Assembly: GCA_044220955.1 (NCBI GenBank) | Contig: JBGAQA010000026.1 | Coordinates: 15,125 to 79,124, forward strand | Reading direction: 5' to 3' | DNA length: 64,000 nucleotides | DNA from: Sandaracinaceae bacterium | Lineage (GTDB): Bacteria; Myxococcota_A; Polyangia; Polyangiales; Sandaracinaceae | In this document: positions 1 through 9,026 of the stretch, piece by piece | Layout: each line of letters begins with the position of its first letter | Numbering within the stretch: the first letter of the stretch is position 1 | Program-made: the position numbers and the translations under genes | The notes under the pieces: generated by a model | Database searches by the model: none | Told to the model about the DNA's origin: nothing | What the model saw: the letters and a program-made list of their open reading frames with translations, nothing else

Positions 1-19
1 GACGCGAATCGGCGCGCGC

Positions 20-502
20 TCAGCCACGCGGTTCCTCGGGGAGCTCCACGATCCCGAACCAGTACCTGCCGACGGCTCGCATCACCTCGACGAGCCCGTC
101 GAACGTCACGGGCTTGCTGATGAACGAGTTCACGCCGAGATCGTACGAGCGGAACACGTCCTCCTGAGCCTTGGAGGTCGTCAGCACCACGACGGGGATG
201 CGGCGCAGGTTCGGATCGCTCTTGATGACCGCGAGCGCCTCCCGTCCGTCCATCTTGGGCATGTTGAGATCGAGCAGGACGAGCCCGGGTCTCGGTGCGA
301 CCGCGGGGTCGGCATATCGACCACGGTGCTGCAGGTACTCGAGCAGCTCCTCGCCGTCCTCGACGAAGCGCAGGTCGTTGATCAGGCGCGCCTCGCGCAG
401 CGCGTCGTGCACGAGCATCCGGTCGTCCTCGTCGTCGTCGGCGTAGAGGATGACGATGGGCGTCGGCGGGCGGGAGCTCGGGACATCGGCAGACGTGCTC
501 AT
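20..502 (-). CDS. Single-domain response regulator (Rcp1/CheY-like receiver)
   Basis: ADDD acidic pocket, LLDLNMP phosphoacceptor, ISKP, C-terminal RYWFGIVELP typical of Rcp-type receivers; ATGA overlap with the upstream kinase. Confidence 0.92.
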   Translation of the reverse strand: MSTSADVPSSRPPTPIVILYADDDEDDRMLVHDALREARLINDLRFVEDGEELLEYLQHRGRYADPAVAPRPGLVLLDLNMPKMDGREALAVIKSDPNLRRIPVVVLTTSKAQEDVFRSYDLGVNSFISKPVTFDGLVEVMRAVGRYWFGIVELPEEPRG

Positions 503-1680
503 GGGAGGGGCTCCGGCGGATCGGTGGAAGGGTCGTGGCGGACGGGCAGCGTGACGGTGAAGGTGGCGCCGGCCGCTGGCGCGCCCGAGGCCGAGATCGT
601 GCCTCCGTGCCGCTCGCAGATCTTCTTGGCGATGGCGAGGCCGATCCCCGTGCCCTCGTAGCTCGAGCGCGCGTGCAAGCGCTCGAAGAGCACGAAGATC
701 CGCTCCGCGTGCTTGGGCTCGAACCCGATCCCGTTGTCCGTGACCGTCAGGACGACGCGCTCGCGGCCGTCGGCTCCGCGCGCGCGTCGCGCGTCGATGC
801 CGACGCGGGGCGGGGCGTCCGGGCGGCGGTACTTCAGGGCGTTTCCGACGAGGTTCAGGAAGAGCTGGCGCAGCTGCTGTGGATCTCCGTCGATCACGCC
901 GAGCGTGCCGGCCTCGACGACGCCGTGGCTGCGCTCGAGCGCGAGCTCGAGATCGAGCAGCGTCGTCCGAAGCACCGCGTCGAGATCGACCCTCGAGAAG
1001 GGCACGGCCTTCGTCGTCAGCCGGGAGTACGCGAGGAGATCTTCGATCAGCGACTGCATCCGTCGCGCGGCGCCGGTCATGCGCGCGAGGTAGTCGACGC
1101 CCTGCGCATCCAGAGATCCCTCGACCTTCTTCGCGAGCCGATCGCCGAACGCGACGATCTTGCGCAGCGGCTCCTGCAGATCGTGCGACGCGACGAAGGC
1201 GAACTGCTCGAGCTCCTGGTTGCGCTCCTCGAGGCCGCGCTGCAGCTCGACGAGCCGGCGCTCGTACTCGCGGCGCTCGGTCATGTCGCGGACGATCGCG
1301 ATGACCAGCAGGCGCGGGCCGATCCGGACCGGAGAGAGCTTCACGTCGGCGAAGAACTCGGTGCCGTCCTTTCGACGCGCCGCGATCTCGAGCGCTCCCA
1401 TCGGGCGCATCTTCGGGTCGCGCTGGTACCCCGCGCGGTCGACGGCGTGCTGCTCGGCGAAGCGCTCGGGCACGAGCAGCTCGAGCGCCTGCCCGACCAT
1501 CTCCTCGCGCGCGTATCCGAAGAGGCCCTCGGCGCCTCGGTTCACGTAGACGATCCGCCCCTCCTCCACGAGCACCCAGCCCAGGGGGGCGGCCTCGAAG
1601 AGCTGGACGAGGACCCCGCCCTCGTCGAAAACGGCCCGGACGTCCGCACCCGGCAGCCCGGGATCACTGGGCTGGCTCAC
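499..1680 (-). CDS. PAS-domain sensor histidine kinase (Cph1-type HisKA/HATPase)
   Basis: PAS ending in IVRD, H-box ASHDLQEPLR, N-box NLVGNALKY, DNGIG and GTGIGLA; start GTG 1680 is an estimate inside ORF 499..1809. Confidence 0.88.
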   Translation of the reverse strand: MSQPSDPGLPGADVRAVFDEGGVLVQLFEAAPLGWVLVEEGRIVYVNRGAEGLFGYAREEMVGQALELLVPERFAEQHAVDRAGYQRDPKMRPMGALEIAARRKDGTEFFADVKLSPVRIGPRLLVIAIVRDMTERREYERRLVELQRGLEERNQELEQFAFVASHDLQEPLRKIVAFGDRLAKKVEGSLDAQGVDYLARMTGAARRMQSLIEDLLAYSRLTTKAVPFSRVDLDAVLRTTLLDLELALERSHGVVEAGTLGVIDGDPQQLRQLFLNLVGNALKYRRPDAPPRVGIDARRARGADGRERVVLTVTDNGIGFEPKHAERIFVLFERLHARSSYEGTGIGLAIAKKICERHGGTISASGAPAAGATFTVTLPVRHDPSTDPPEPLP

Positions 1681-1777
1681 CCGTCCGCACGACGACTCCA
1701 CGGGGCGTGCAGACGCACCGCCCGGGCCCGCGCACCTGGGCCCGCGCGCGCGGGCGGCGGCCTCCGGCCCTGCGCGC

Positions 1778-3559
1778 TCACGGCGTGGGGCCGATCCCGA
1801 ACTCCGCACCTTGCTTGGCGAGCATCACGCGGCCGTACGCGCGCGGCGCGAGGCGGGAGAGCCACCACGCGCTCCGGCTGACCGACGTCGGCAGCACCCT
1901 CTGGGCTCCCCGCCGGGCTCCCTGCACGATCGACTCGGCGATCTGCTCGGGCGACGCCAGGGCACCGACGGTCGCCTTCCCGGGCGGTGCGGCACGACCG
2001 TCGCCTCCGACGGCGTTGCGATCGATCGCGGTGTCGGTGAACGAGGGGCAGACGAGCATCACGTGGACGCCGCGATGGGCGACCTCGCTGCGCAGCGAGT
2101 CGAAGAAGCCGTGCAGCGCGTGCTTGCTCGCCGCGTACCCGGTTCGACCCACGAGCGGCGCGAACCCGGCGACGCTGGACACGGCGATGACGGTGCCGCG
2201 CCGCGCGAGGAGGCTCGGCAGCGCCGCCTGCGTGCAGTGGACGGCCCCGAAGAAGTTCACCTCCATGATCCGCCGGATCACGGAGGGCGCCGTGTCGGCG
2301 AAGAGGCTGCGGTGGGCCACGCCGGCGTTGTTCACCAGGACGTCCACCCCACCGAAGGTCTCGACGACCCGCGCGATGGCGTCGCGGCAGGAGGCCTCGT
2401 CGCACACGTCGCAGGCGATCGCGATCGCGTCCCGTCGCTCGGATCGCATCCGCTCCGCCTCGAGCCGCGCGCGCTCGACGTCGCGATCGAGCAGCGCGAC
2501 CCGCGCACCCTCCGCCGCGAAGCGCCGCGCCGTCGCCAGGCCGATGCCGCCGGCGCCCCCCGTCACCACGACCGAGCGGCCCGCGAACGAGCCGGCCCCA
2601 CGGGCGCGCCGCTCGACGCTGCGCGCCCACGCCTCGAACACCGCGCGGCTCGGCGTGAGCCGCACGCCACGCTCGCGCCGCAGCTTCTCCGCCGAGAGGA
2701 CGGGCCGGTGCGCGAGGAACGCCGTCTGCTCGGGCCCGTACTGGGTCGCCCCGATCGAGCGCAGCAGGCCGATGCCGCTCCGGAGCGCGGCCTCGGGGAG
2801 CCCGACGAAGGGCTTGCCGAGCCGCGCCGCGATCTCGCGCAGCGTCATCACGCCCTCGCCCGCGAGGTTGTAGATCCCCGTCCAGCCCTCGCGCACGCCG
2901 GTCACGATCGCGCGCACGACGTCGTCGTCCGAGACGAACACGAAGGGCGTGTCCGACTCACGCAGCCCGACGATCACGGGCTTCTCGAAGATGTCGGTGA
3001 TCGGGTTGGAGGCGCCCTCGCCGAGGATGGTCCCCGGCCGGAAGACGAGCTGCGCCAGCTCGGGGTGCTCCGTGCGCGCGCGCGCGAGGAGCTCCTCGAC
3101 GAGGCGCTTGTGGTGGGAGTACGCGAACGCCTCGTTGCCGCGCAGCGGCGCGTCCTCCGTCAGGAGCGCGGGGCTCTCGGCGTGGTAGCCGTACGCCGCC
3201 CCGCTGCTCGTGACGACCAGGCGCGCGACACCCTCCCGCACGCAGGCCTCGACGACGTTCTCGGTCCCCCGCACGTCCACGTCGTACTGCGCCTCGCGAG
3301 AGAGAGAACGACCGGGGCTGACGATGGTCGCCAGGTGCACGACCGTGTCGATGCGGTGGCGGCCGAGGAGCGCCCCGAGCCCGCCGGAGCGCACGTCGAG
3401 CCGCTCGTAGACGACGCCCGGCTCGCGCTCGGCGAGTGGGATGTCGCGGACGTCGGTGGCGACGATGCCCGTGAACGCGCCCGGCCCCGCCTCGCGGAGC
3501 GCGCGGACGAGCCGGCGGCCGACGAAGCCGGCCGCGCCCGTGACGAGGACGGCCCTCAT
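1778..3559 (-). CDS. Fused extended-SDR (epimerase/3-beta-HSD-like) plus classical SDR oxidoreductase
   Basis: N-half TGAAGFVG...YSHHK; C-half TGGAGGIG, NNAG, YAASK; ATG 3559 overlaps the upstream stop (ATGA). Confidence 0.88.
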   Translation of the reverse strand: MRAVLVTGAAGFVGRRLVRALREAGPGAFTGIVATDVRDIPLAEREPGVVYERLDVRSGGLGALLGRHRIDTVVHLATIVSPGRSLSREAQYDVDVRGTENVVEACVREGVARLVVTSSGAAYGYHAESPALLTEDAPLRGNEAFAYSHHKRLVEELLARARTEHPELAQLVFRPGTILGEGASNPITDIFEKPVIVGLRESDTPFVFVSDDDVVRAIVTGVREGWTGIYNLAGEGVMTLREIAARLGKPFVGLPEAALRSGIGLLRSIGATQYGPEQTAFLAHRPVLSAEKLRRERGVRLTPSRAVFEAWARSVERRARGAGSFAGRSVVVTGGAGGIGLATARRFAAEGARVALLDRDVERARLEAERMRSERRDAIAIACDVCDEASCRDAIARVVETFGGVDVLVNNAGVAHRSLFADTAPSVIRRIMEVNFFGAVHCTQAALPSLLARRGTVIAVSSVAGFAPLVGRTGYAASKHALHGFFDSLRSEVAHRGVHVMLVCPSFTDTAIDRNAVGGDGRAAPPGKATVGALASPEQIAESIVQGARRGAQRVLPTSVSRSAWWLSRLAPRAYGRVMLAKQGAEFGIGPTP

Positions 3560-5343
3560 CCCTTCGGCTCCTGGTGCATGTCCTTGAACGTCTTCAGCTC
3601 CGGTGCCCACATGTGCTTGACGGGATCGACGTCGACGTGGATGACCGCCGGCTTGCCCGACGCGAGCGAGCGCTGGATCGCGCCGCGCAGGCCGCGCGGG
3701 TCGGCGACGCGCTCCCCGTGGGCGCCCATCGAGCGGGCGAGCACGTCGAACTCGATCTCGCCGAGGTCGGCGTTGATCGTCTCGTCCGGGCCGAGCGTCT
3801 TGAGCACGAGCGTCTTGACCGGCTTCAGCGCGAAGCTCTGGTTGATCTTCACCATGCCCCACTGCTTGTCGCAGAGGACGAGGTAGACGACCGGCAGGCG
3901 GTTGCGGACGGCCGTCTCGATCTCCTGCGGGTGGAAGCCCATCGCGCCGTCGCCGATCACGCAATAGACCTGCCGCCCCGGGAAGGCGACCTGCGCTCCG
4001 AGCGCCTGCGAGACGCCCGCGCCGAGCATCCCCATCTTCGGCGTGCCGACCATCGCGTTGACCGACCGCGACTCGTGGAAGAACTGGGCCCAGATGGTGG
4101 TGTTGCCACCGTCGGCGACCATGATCGCGTCCGGCGCGAAGGTGTCCTGGCAGATCCGCCCGACGTGCGCCGACGCCATCGGGACGCAGTCGTCGTCGAG
4201 CTTGCGGTCGAGCTCCGCGCGCCGCGCCGCGCACGCCGCGCGGAGCTGCTCGAGGTGCGTGCGACGCGCGCGCAGCTCGCGTGCGCCGCGTCGTCGCCCG
4301 AGCTCCGCGAGCAGCGCCTGGAGGAACGCCTTGGCGTCGGCGCGCACCGCGAAGCGAACGCCGCGCGTGTTGCCGAGCGTCGCCGCGTCCACGTCGACCT
4401 GCGCGACCTCCTGCTCGGCGGGGTCGCCCCAGTAGGGCGCCTTCCCCCACCAGTCGGTCTCGCCGAGGCGGGAGCCGAGCACGAGCACGCGATCGGCGCT
4501 GCGGCGGGCCTCGTTGACCGTGCCCACGAAGATCATCGGGATCGCGTGCCGGTCGCGCTCGTCGATGGCCGCGCGCGCGGCCCAGCTCGTCGTGACGGGC
4601 GCCTCGAGCAGCTCGGCGAGCGCCGCGAGCTCGAGCGTCGCGCCCGCGGAGAGCACCCCCGAGCCGGCGTGAACGAGCGGGAGCTTCGCCTCGTCGAGCC
4701 AGCGCGCGACGTCCTCGACCTGCTCCTGCGTCGCCTCGATCGGCGTCGTCACGCGATAGGAGGAGGGCGGCCGGAGCGCGCCGGGCGCGAGCTCGGTCAC
4801 GCCGTTGTAGATCGACTCCGGCACGTCGAGGTGGACCACGCCGGGCCGCCCCTCGAAGCACTCGCGCAGCGCGCGGCGGACCAGCTCGGGCAGGCGGTCC
4901 ATCGAGGGGACCACGCCGCTCCACTTCGTCATCGGGCGCGTGACCTCCACCTGGGGGAACGACTGGTACGCGCCGCCACGGTCGGGGTACACGATGCCCT
5001 CGCGGCGGCAGCTGGTCAGCAGGAGCACGCGGTGCCCCTCGGCCTGCTCGACGGCGACGCCCGGCAGGACGTTGGCGACGCCCGGACCGTTGCTGGCGAT
5101 GCAGACGCCGAGCCCTCCGGTGAGCTGCGCGTAGGCCCCGGCCATGTGCGCGGCGCTCGTCTCGTGGCGCGGCGTGACGAGCTCGATCCCGGCGGGCCGC
5201 AGCGCGGCGCAGAGACCGAGGTACGTGCCGTCCATGATCCCGAAGACGCGGGTCACGCCCTCCGCCGCGAGCATCCGCGCGACGATCTCCCCGCCCTTGA
5301 CCTTCTCCGTGCTGCGCTGCCCCAACACCGCCGCGAGTCCCAT
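3556..5343 (-). CDS. Thiamine-diphosphate-dependent enzyme (acetolactate synthase/HACL/BAL superfamily)
   Basis: RHETSA catalytic Glu, GPGVAN, GDGAMG ThDP motif; GGAGG upstream of ATG 5343. Confidence 0.9.
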   Translation of the reverse strand: MGLAAVLGQRSTEKVKGGEIVARMLAAEGVTRVFGIMDGTYLGLCAALRPAGIELVTPRHETSAAHMAGAYAQLTGGLGVCIASNGPGVANVLPGVAVEQAEGHRVLLLTSCRREGIVYPDRGGAYQSFPQVEVTRPMTKWSGVVPSMDRLPELVRRALRECFEGRPGVVHLDVPESIYNGVTELAPGALRPPSSYRVTTPIEATQEQVEDVARWLDEAKLPLVHAGSGVLSAGATLELAALAELLEAPVTTSWAARAAIDERDRHAIPMIFVGTVNEARRSADRVLVLGSRLGETDWWGKAPYWGDPAEQEVAQVDVDAATLGNTRGVRFAVRADAKAFLQALLAELGRRRGARELRARRTHLEQLRAACAARRAELDRKLDDDCVPMASAHVGRICQDTFAPDAIMVADGGNTTIWAQFFHESRSVNAMVGTPKMGMLGAGVSQALGAQVAFPGRQVYCVIGDGAMGFHPQEIETAVRNRLPVVYLVLCDKQWGMVKINQSFALKPVKTLVLKTLGPDETINADLGEIEFDVLARSMGAHGERVADPRGLRGAIQRSLASGKPAVIHVDVDPVKHMWAPELKTFKDMHQEPKG

Positions 5344-5390
5344 GGTGCCCTCCGCTCGTCGTTCCCGCCGGACTGCCCGGCGACGAGGCC

Positions 5391-5451
5391 ATCCTGGATC
5401 GTTTATCCGATCGGTCAAGCGACTTGACCGATCGGATGACGCGGCCAGAAT
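5391..5451. promoter_or_regulatory. Divergent promoters with a double TetR-type operator
   Basis: Perfect 15-bp inverted repeat ATCCGATCGGTCAAG-cga-CTTGACCGATCGGAT (5405-5437); TTGACC-N16-CAGAAT on + and TTGACC-N16-CAGGAT on -. Confidence 0.8.
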
Positions 5452-5457
5452 CCGGGC

Positions 5458-6141
5458 GTGACACGCCCTCGCACCCGCCGGACCGCCCGGCCGCCCCGCA
5501 AGACCGCACCCCCCAGGATCGACGGAGCGACCCAGGCGCGCATCCTCGGCGCGGCCGAGGATCTGTTCTGCGCACGCGGCTACGAGGGCGTGAGCGCCCG
5601 CGACGTGGCGGAGCGGGCCGGCGCGCACAAGGCCCTCGTCTTCTACTACTTCGGGAGCATGAGCGGCCTCTTCGAGGCGGTGCTCCAGCAATACTACGAC
5701 GCGCATCGCGACGCGCTCGCCAGCGCGCTCGCGAGCGGCGGCGACGTGCGCGAGCGGATGCACCGCCTCGTCGAGGCCTACCTCGACTTCATGGCGAGCC
5801 ACGCCCGCTACGCGACGCTCGTCCAGGCGCAGCTCTCCAACCCGGAGACGCATCCGCTCGTCGAGAAGAGCTACCGCCCGCTCTTCCGCTTCGTCGAGGA
5901 GGCGCTGCTCGAGATCGCACCCCGCGAGGGGCGCGCGTCGGCCCGGCAGCTCTTCGTCACCTTCTCGGGGGCCGTGATCAACTGGTGTACGTACGCGCCG
6001 CTGCTCGCGCGCGTGCTCGGGAGCGAGCCGCTCGCTCCGCCGCTCCTCGACGAGCGGCGCGCGCACGTGCGCTGGCTCGTCGATCTGATGCTCGACGCGC
6101 TCGAGTCGGAGACGGCGAGCGAGCGCGGCGCGCGCGCATGA
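5458..6141 (+). CDS. TetR/AcrR family transcriptional regulator
   Basis: N-terminal HTH (ILGAAEDLFCARGYEGVSARDVAERAG...YYFGS). Confidence 0.93.
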   Translation: MTRPRTRRTARPPRKTAPPRIDGATQARILGAAEDLFCARGYEGVSARDVAERAGAHKALVFYYFGSMSGLFEAVLQQYYDAHRDALASALASGGDVRERMHRLVEAYLDFMASHARYATLVQAQLSNPETHPLVEKSYRPLFRFVEEALLEIAPREGRASARQLFVTFSGAVINWCTYAPLLARVLGSEPLAPPLLDERRAHVRWLVDLMLDALESETASERGARA

Positions 6142-6285
6142 AGCGCGCGCGCATGAAGCGTGCGCGCGCAACGTTCGCGCGCAGCAAACGTCGTGAAAAC
6201 AAGTGGAGACTCTCGTCACAGCACCGGGACCGGAGCGCTGGAGGTCGCGCGCGCGGAGCCTAGCTGCGGCACGGAGGTCTTCCCC

Positions 6286-7857
6286 GTGCAGAACGTCCGT
6301 CCCTCGCTCCTCGGCCGCCGCAGCTTCCTGCTGCGCTCCGCCGCCGGCGCCGCCGCGATCCCGCTCGTCGGCTGTGGCGCCTCGTCCGCGAACGTCGTCG
6401 ACCTCGGCCACCCGCTGATCGTCGGCTCGGGCTTCGGCGGCGGCGTCGCCGCCCTCCGCCTCACGCAGGCCGGGATCCCCGTGACGATGCTCGAGCGGGG
6501 GCGCCGCTGGCCCATCACCGACGCGCACGACACGTTCTGCTCGCTGCGGGAGCCCGACGAGCGCTCCGCGTGGCTCGCGACCGAGTCGCCGATCGGCCTC
6601 ATCCGGCGGGGCCTGACCCCCTACACCGGCCTCATCGAGCGCTTCGCCGGCGACAACATCGACGCCATGATCGGCTCGGCGGTGGGCGGCGGGTCGCTCG
6701 CGTACGCCGGCATGCTCCTGCGCGTGCCGCGCTCGCTCTGGGGCGGCGTGTTCCCGTCCGAGATCTCGTACGACGACATGGAGAACGTCTGGTACCCACG
6801 CGTCTCCGAGCTGCTCCCGGGCACGCAGATCCCGAGCGACATCCTGGCGAGCCCGACCTACGAGGCGGCGCGCGTCTTCATGGACCACGCGATGCGCACC
6901 GGGCTCACGCTCGAGATGATCTCGCAGGCGGTCGACTGGGACCTCGTGCGCGCCGAGATGGAGGGCACGATGCCCGAGGAGGCGATCGCGGGCGACTACG
7001 TCTACGGGCTGAACAGCGGCGCGAAGGGCTCGATCGACCGCACCTACCTCGCGGCGGCCGAGGCGACCGGGCACTTCGAGCTGCGGCCCCTGCACCAGGT
7101 GACGAGCGTCGCGGCGCAGCCCGGCGGCGGCTTCCGCGTCGAGTGCGAGCACATCCGCGAGGACGGCACGGTGATCGAGCACGTCACGTTCCTGGCGCCG
7201 GTGCTCGTCATGTCGGCGGGCTCGATCCACTCGACGCGCCTGCTCGTGGAGGCACGCGCGCGCGGCGCCATGCCCGCGCTCCCGGCCGAGGTCGGAGAGC
7301 ACTGGGGCCAGAACGGCCAGCACATCTTCGTCCGAGGACAGCTCACCGAGAACACCGGCGCGCTCCAGGGCGGTCCGCCCTTCGTGGTCGTCCGCGATCT
7401 CGCCAACCCGGTCGCGCCGGTCACGATGGAGTACGGCGCCGCCGCCTGGGGCTTCGAGAGTCACAAGCTCATCTGCCCCTGCTCGTCGATCCCGGATGCG
7501 TTCGGCGCCTTCCGCTACGACACGGCGCTCGACCGCGCGGTCCTCGAGTGGGATCCCGCCAGCAAGGTGACGGCGCGCGCGGCCGCGGAGAACGTCGGGA
7601 TGCGCCTCGACACGGCGACGGGCGGCGCGATCGAGACGCTCCCCGGGCGCAGCCGCGAGTCGACCTTCCATCCGCTCGGCGGATGCGTGATGGGGCGCGC
7701 GACCGACACGTTCGGCCGCATGCGCGGCGTGCCCGGCCTCTACGTCGTCGATGGATCGCTGGTCCCCGGCGTCACGCCGACGTGCAACCCCGCCTGGACG
7801 ATCACCGCCCTCGCAGAGCGCGCGCTCGACACGATCGTGCGCGAAGACTTCGACTGA
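6286..7857 (+). CDS. Cholesterol oxidase-like GMC flavoprotein, Tat-exported lipoprotein
   Basis: RRSFLL twin-Arg and LVGC lipobox; GSGFGG, VGGGS, KGSIDRTYLAAA, FHPLGG, NPAWTITALAER resemble Streptomyces ChoA-type enzymes; GGAGG at 6273 before GTG 6286. Confidence 0.85.
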   Translation: MQNVRPSLLGRRSFLLRSAAGAAAIPLVGCGASSANVVDLGHPLIVGSGFGGGVAALRLTQAGIPVTMLERGRRWPITDAHDTFCSLREPDERSAWLATESPIGLIRRGLTPYTGLIERFAGDNIDAMIGSAVGGGSLAYAGMLLRVPRSLWGGVFPSEISYDDMENVWYPRVSELLPGTQIPSDILASPTYEAARVFMDHAMRTGLTLEMISQAVDWDLVRAEMEGTMPEEAIAGDYVYGLNSGAKGSIDRTYLAAAEATGHFELRPLHQVTSVAAQPGGGFRVECEHIREDGTVIEHVTFLAPVLVMSAGSIHSTRLLVEARARGAMPALPAEVGEHWGQNGQHIFVRGQLTENTGALQGGPPFVVVRDLANPVAPVTMEYGAAAWGFESHKLICPCSSIPDAFGAFRYDTALDRAVLEWDPASKVTARAAAENVGMRLDTATGGAIETLPGRSRESTFHPLGGCVMGRATDTFGRMRGVPGLYVVDGSLVPGVTPTCNPAWTITALAERALDTIVREDFD

Positions 7858-7879
7858 GCGGGGGGCGGACGCCTCCGCG

Positions 7880-8854
7880 TCACGGCAGGGCGAGCAGGCC
7901 CGTCGCGGTCTGCACGCGCAGCGCGCCGTGAACGAAGAGCCCGCGCCACGGGACTCCCGCGGGCCCGGCCGCGGTCACGTGACCGACCTCGGTCGTGGTC
8001 GCGCCCACGTGGTGGAGCACCACGAGCTCGGCCCACGCCTCGCCCTGCCCGCAGACGAACTGCGAGCACGCGGCGACGGGGGACGGGAGAACCTGCAGCA
8101 CGTAGCTCTCGTCCGCGCTCGCGAACACCGCATCCACGCCGTCGAGCGTGGTGAAGCGCCCGTCCGGATCGACCACGCGCAGCGCGCGCGCGTCCCCGTC
8201 GAGGCCGAGCACCACCATCTGCTCGGCGCCAGGGACGGGACGCAGTCCGTCGGTGCTCCCGACGGCCCCGACGCGGACGCGGCCGGGCGTGGCGCGCGAG
8301 ACCGTGTCGATGACGGTGAGATCGTCGTAGTGGAGCGAGGGGAGCAGGAACCAGAGGTGCCCGGGGCTGAGCGTGATCTGGCGCGTGCGGCCGAAGCCGA
8401 AGCAGTCCCACGTGGCCCCGTCCCACGCGCAGATGTCGGTGCCGACGCCGGCGTAGACGTCGTCGACGGCGCGCGCGTCGAGCGAGGTGCAGGGGCCGAG
8501 CTCGAGGAACGACGCGAAGTCGTGGTGGGTCCAGTGCCCCGCGGCGAAGACCGCGATGCCGTCGTCGTGGCACGCCCAGATCGCGCCGTCGGGCGTCGAG
8601 CGGAGCGCGCGGAGCGTGGCCTGCTCGTGGCCCGCGATGGGAGGCGCGAGCACGCCGGACACGCCTCGGATCTCGGTCTCGCCTGCCGCGTTGCGGACCG
8701 CGACGATCGGCTCCTCGCCGCGGGCGTCCAGCAGGTAGCCGTCCGGCAGCGCCTGACCGGACGCGACGAGCGCAGCGCTCGGCCGGGGCGGCGGACCTTC
8801 GGAGGCGCACGCGCAGAGGACGACGAAGGAGACGAGCGCGATTCGCTGCCGCAT
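7880..8854 (-). CDS. Hypothetical lipoprotein (possibly beta-propeller)
   Basis: Signal peptide ending LCAC; beta-rich W/DG repeats. Confidence 0.65.
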   Translation of the reverse strand: MRQRIALVSFVVLCACASEGPPPRPSAALVASGQALPDGYLLDARGEEPIVAVRNAAGETEIRGVSGVLAPPIAGHEQATLRALRSTPDGAIWACHDDGIAVFAAGHWTHHDFASFLELGPCTSLDARAVDDVYAGVGTDICAWDGATWDCFGFGRTRQITLSPGHLWFLLPSLHYDDLTVIDTVSRATPGRVRVGAVGSTDGLRPVPGAEQMVVLGLDGDARALRVVDPDGRFTTLDGVDAVFASADESYVLQVLPSPVAACSQFVCGQGEAWAELVVLHHVGATTTEVGHVTAAGPAGVPWRGLFVHGALRVQTATGLLALP

Positions 8855-8937
8855 GCGCGGCAGCTAATCGCCGGGGCGCGGACCGCCAGGCGCTGCGGGT
8901 GACTTTTTCCCGGGAGAGCGCGCGGGCGCGCCCGCGC

Positions 8938-8967
8938 TTGCACTAAATGGAACATCAGTTACATATT
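8938..8967 (+). promoter_or_regulatory. Sigma70-like promoter with overlapping palindromic operator
   Basis: AT-rich island: TTGCAC (8938) and TACATA/CATATT (8960-8967); imperfect palindrome ATGGAAC-atca-GTTACAT (8947-8964). Confidence 0.65.
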
Positions 8968-9026
8968 GGGCGCTCGCGCGACGAACGGCCTCTCCGGCGG
9001 GGACGCGAGCGTGCACGGAGGTCCTC

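Noticed and set aside
3556..5343. Calling the ThDP enzyme ilvB
   Set aside because: No ilvN/ilvC context, the PGG motif is replaced (GIMDGT), and the setting is TetR-controlled and catabolic
5413..5429. KstR2-like (CAAGnnCTTG) or KstR-like (AACnnGTT, at 8951) sterol operators
   Set aside because: Spacers are 3 and 4 nt rather than 2; better explained as local TetR sites
6131..6160. 15-bp tandem duplication across the tetR stop codon
   Set aside because: Real, but looks like a neutral slippage duplication with no evident function
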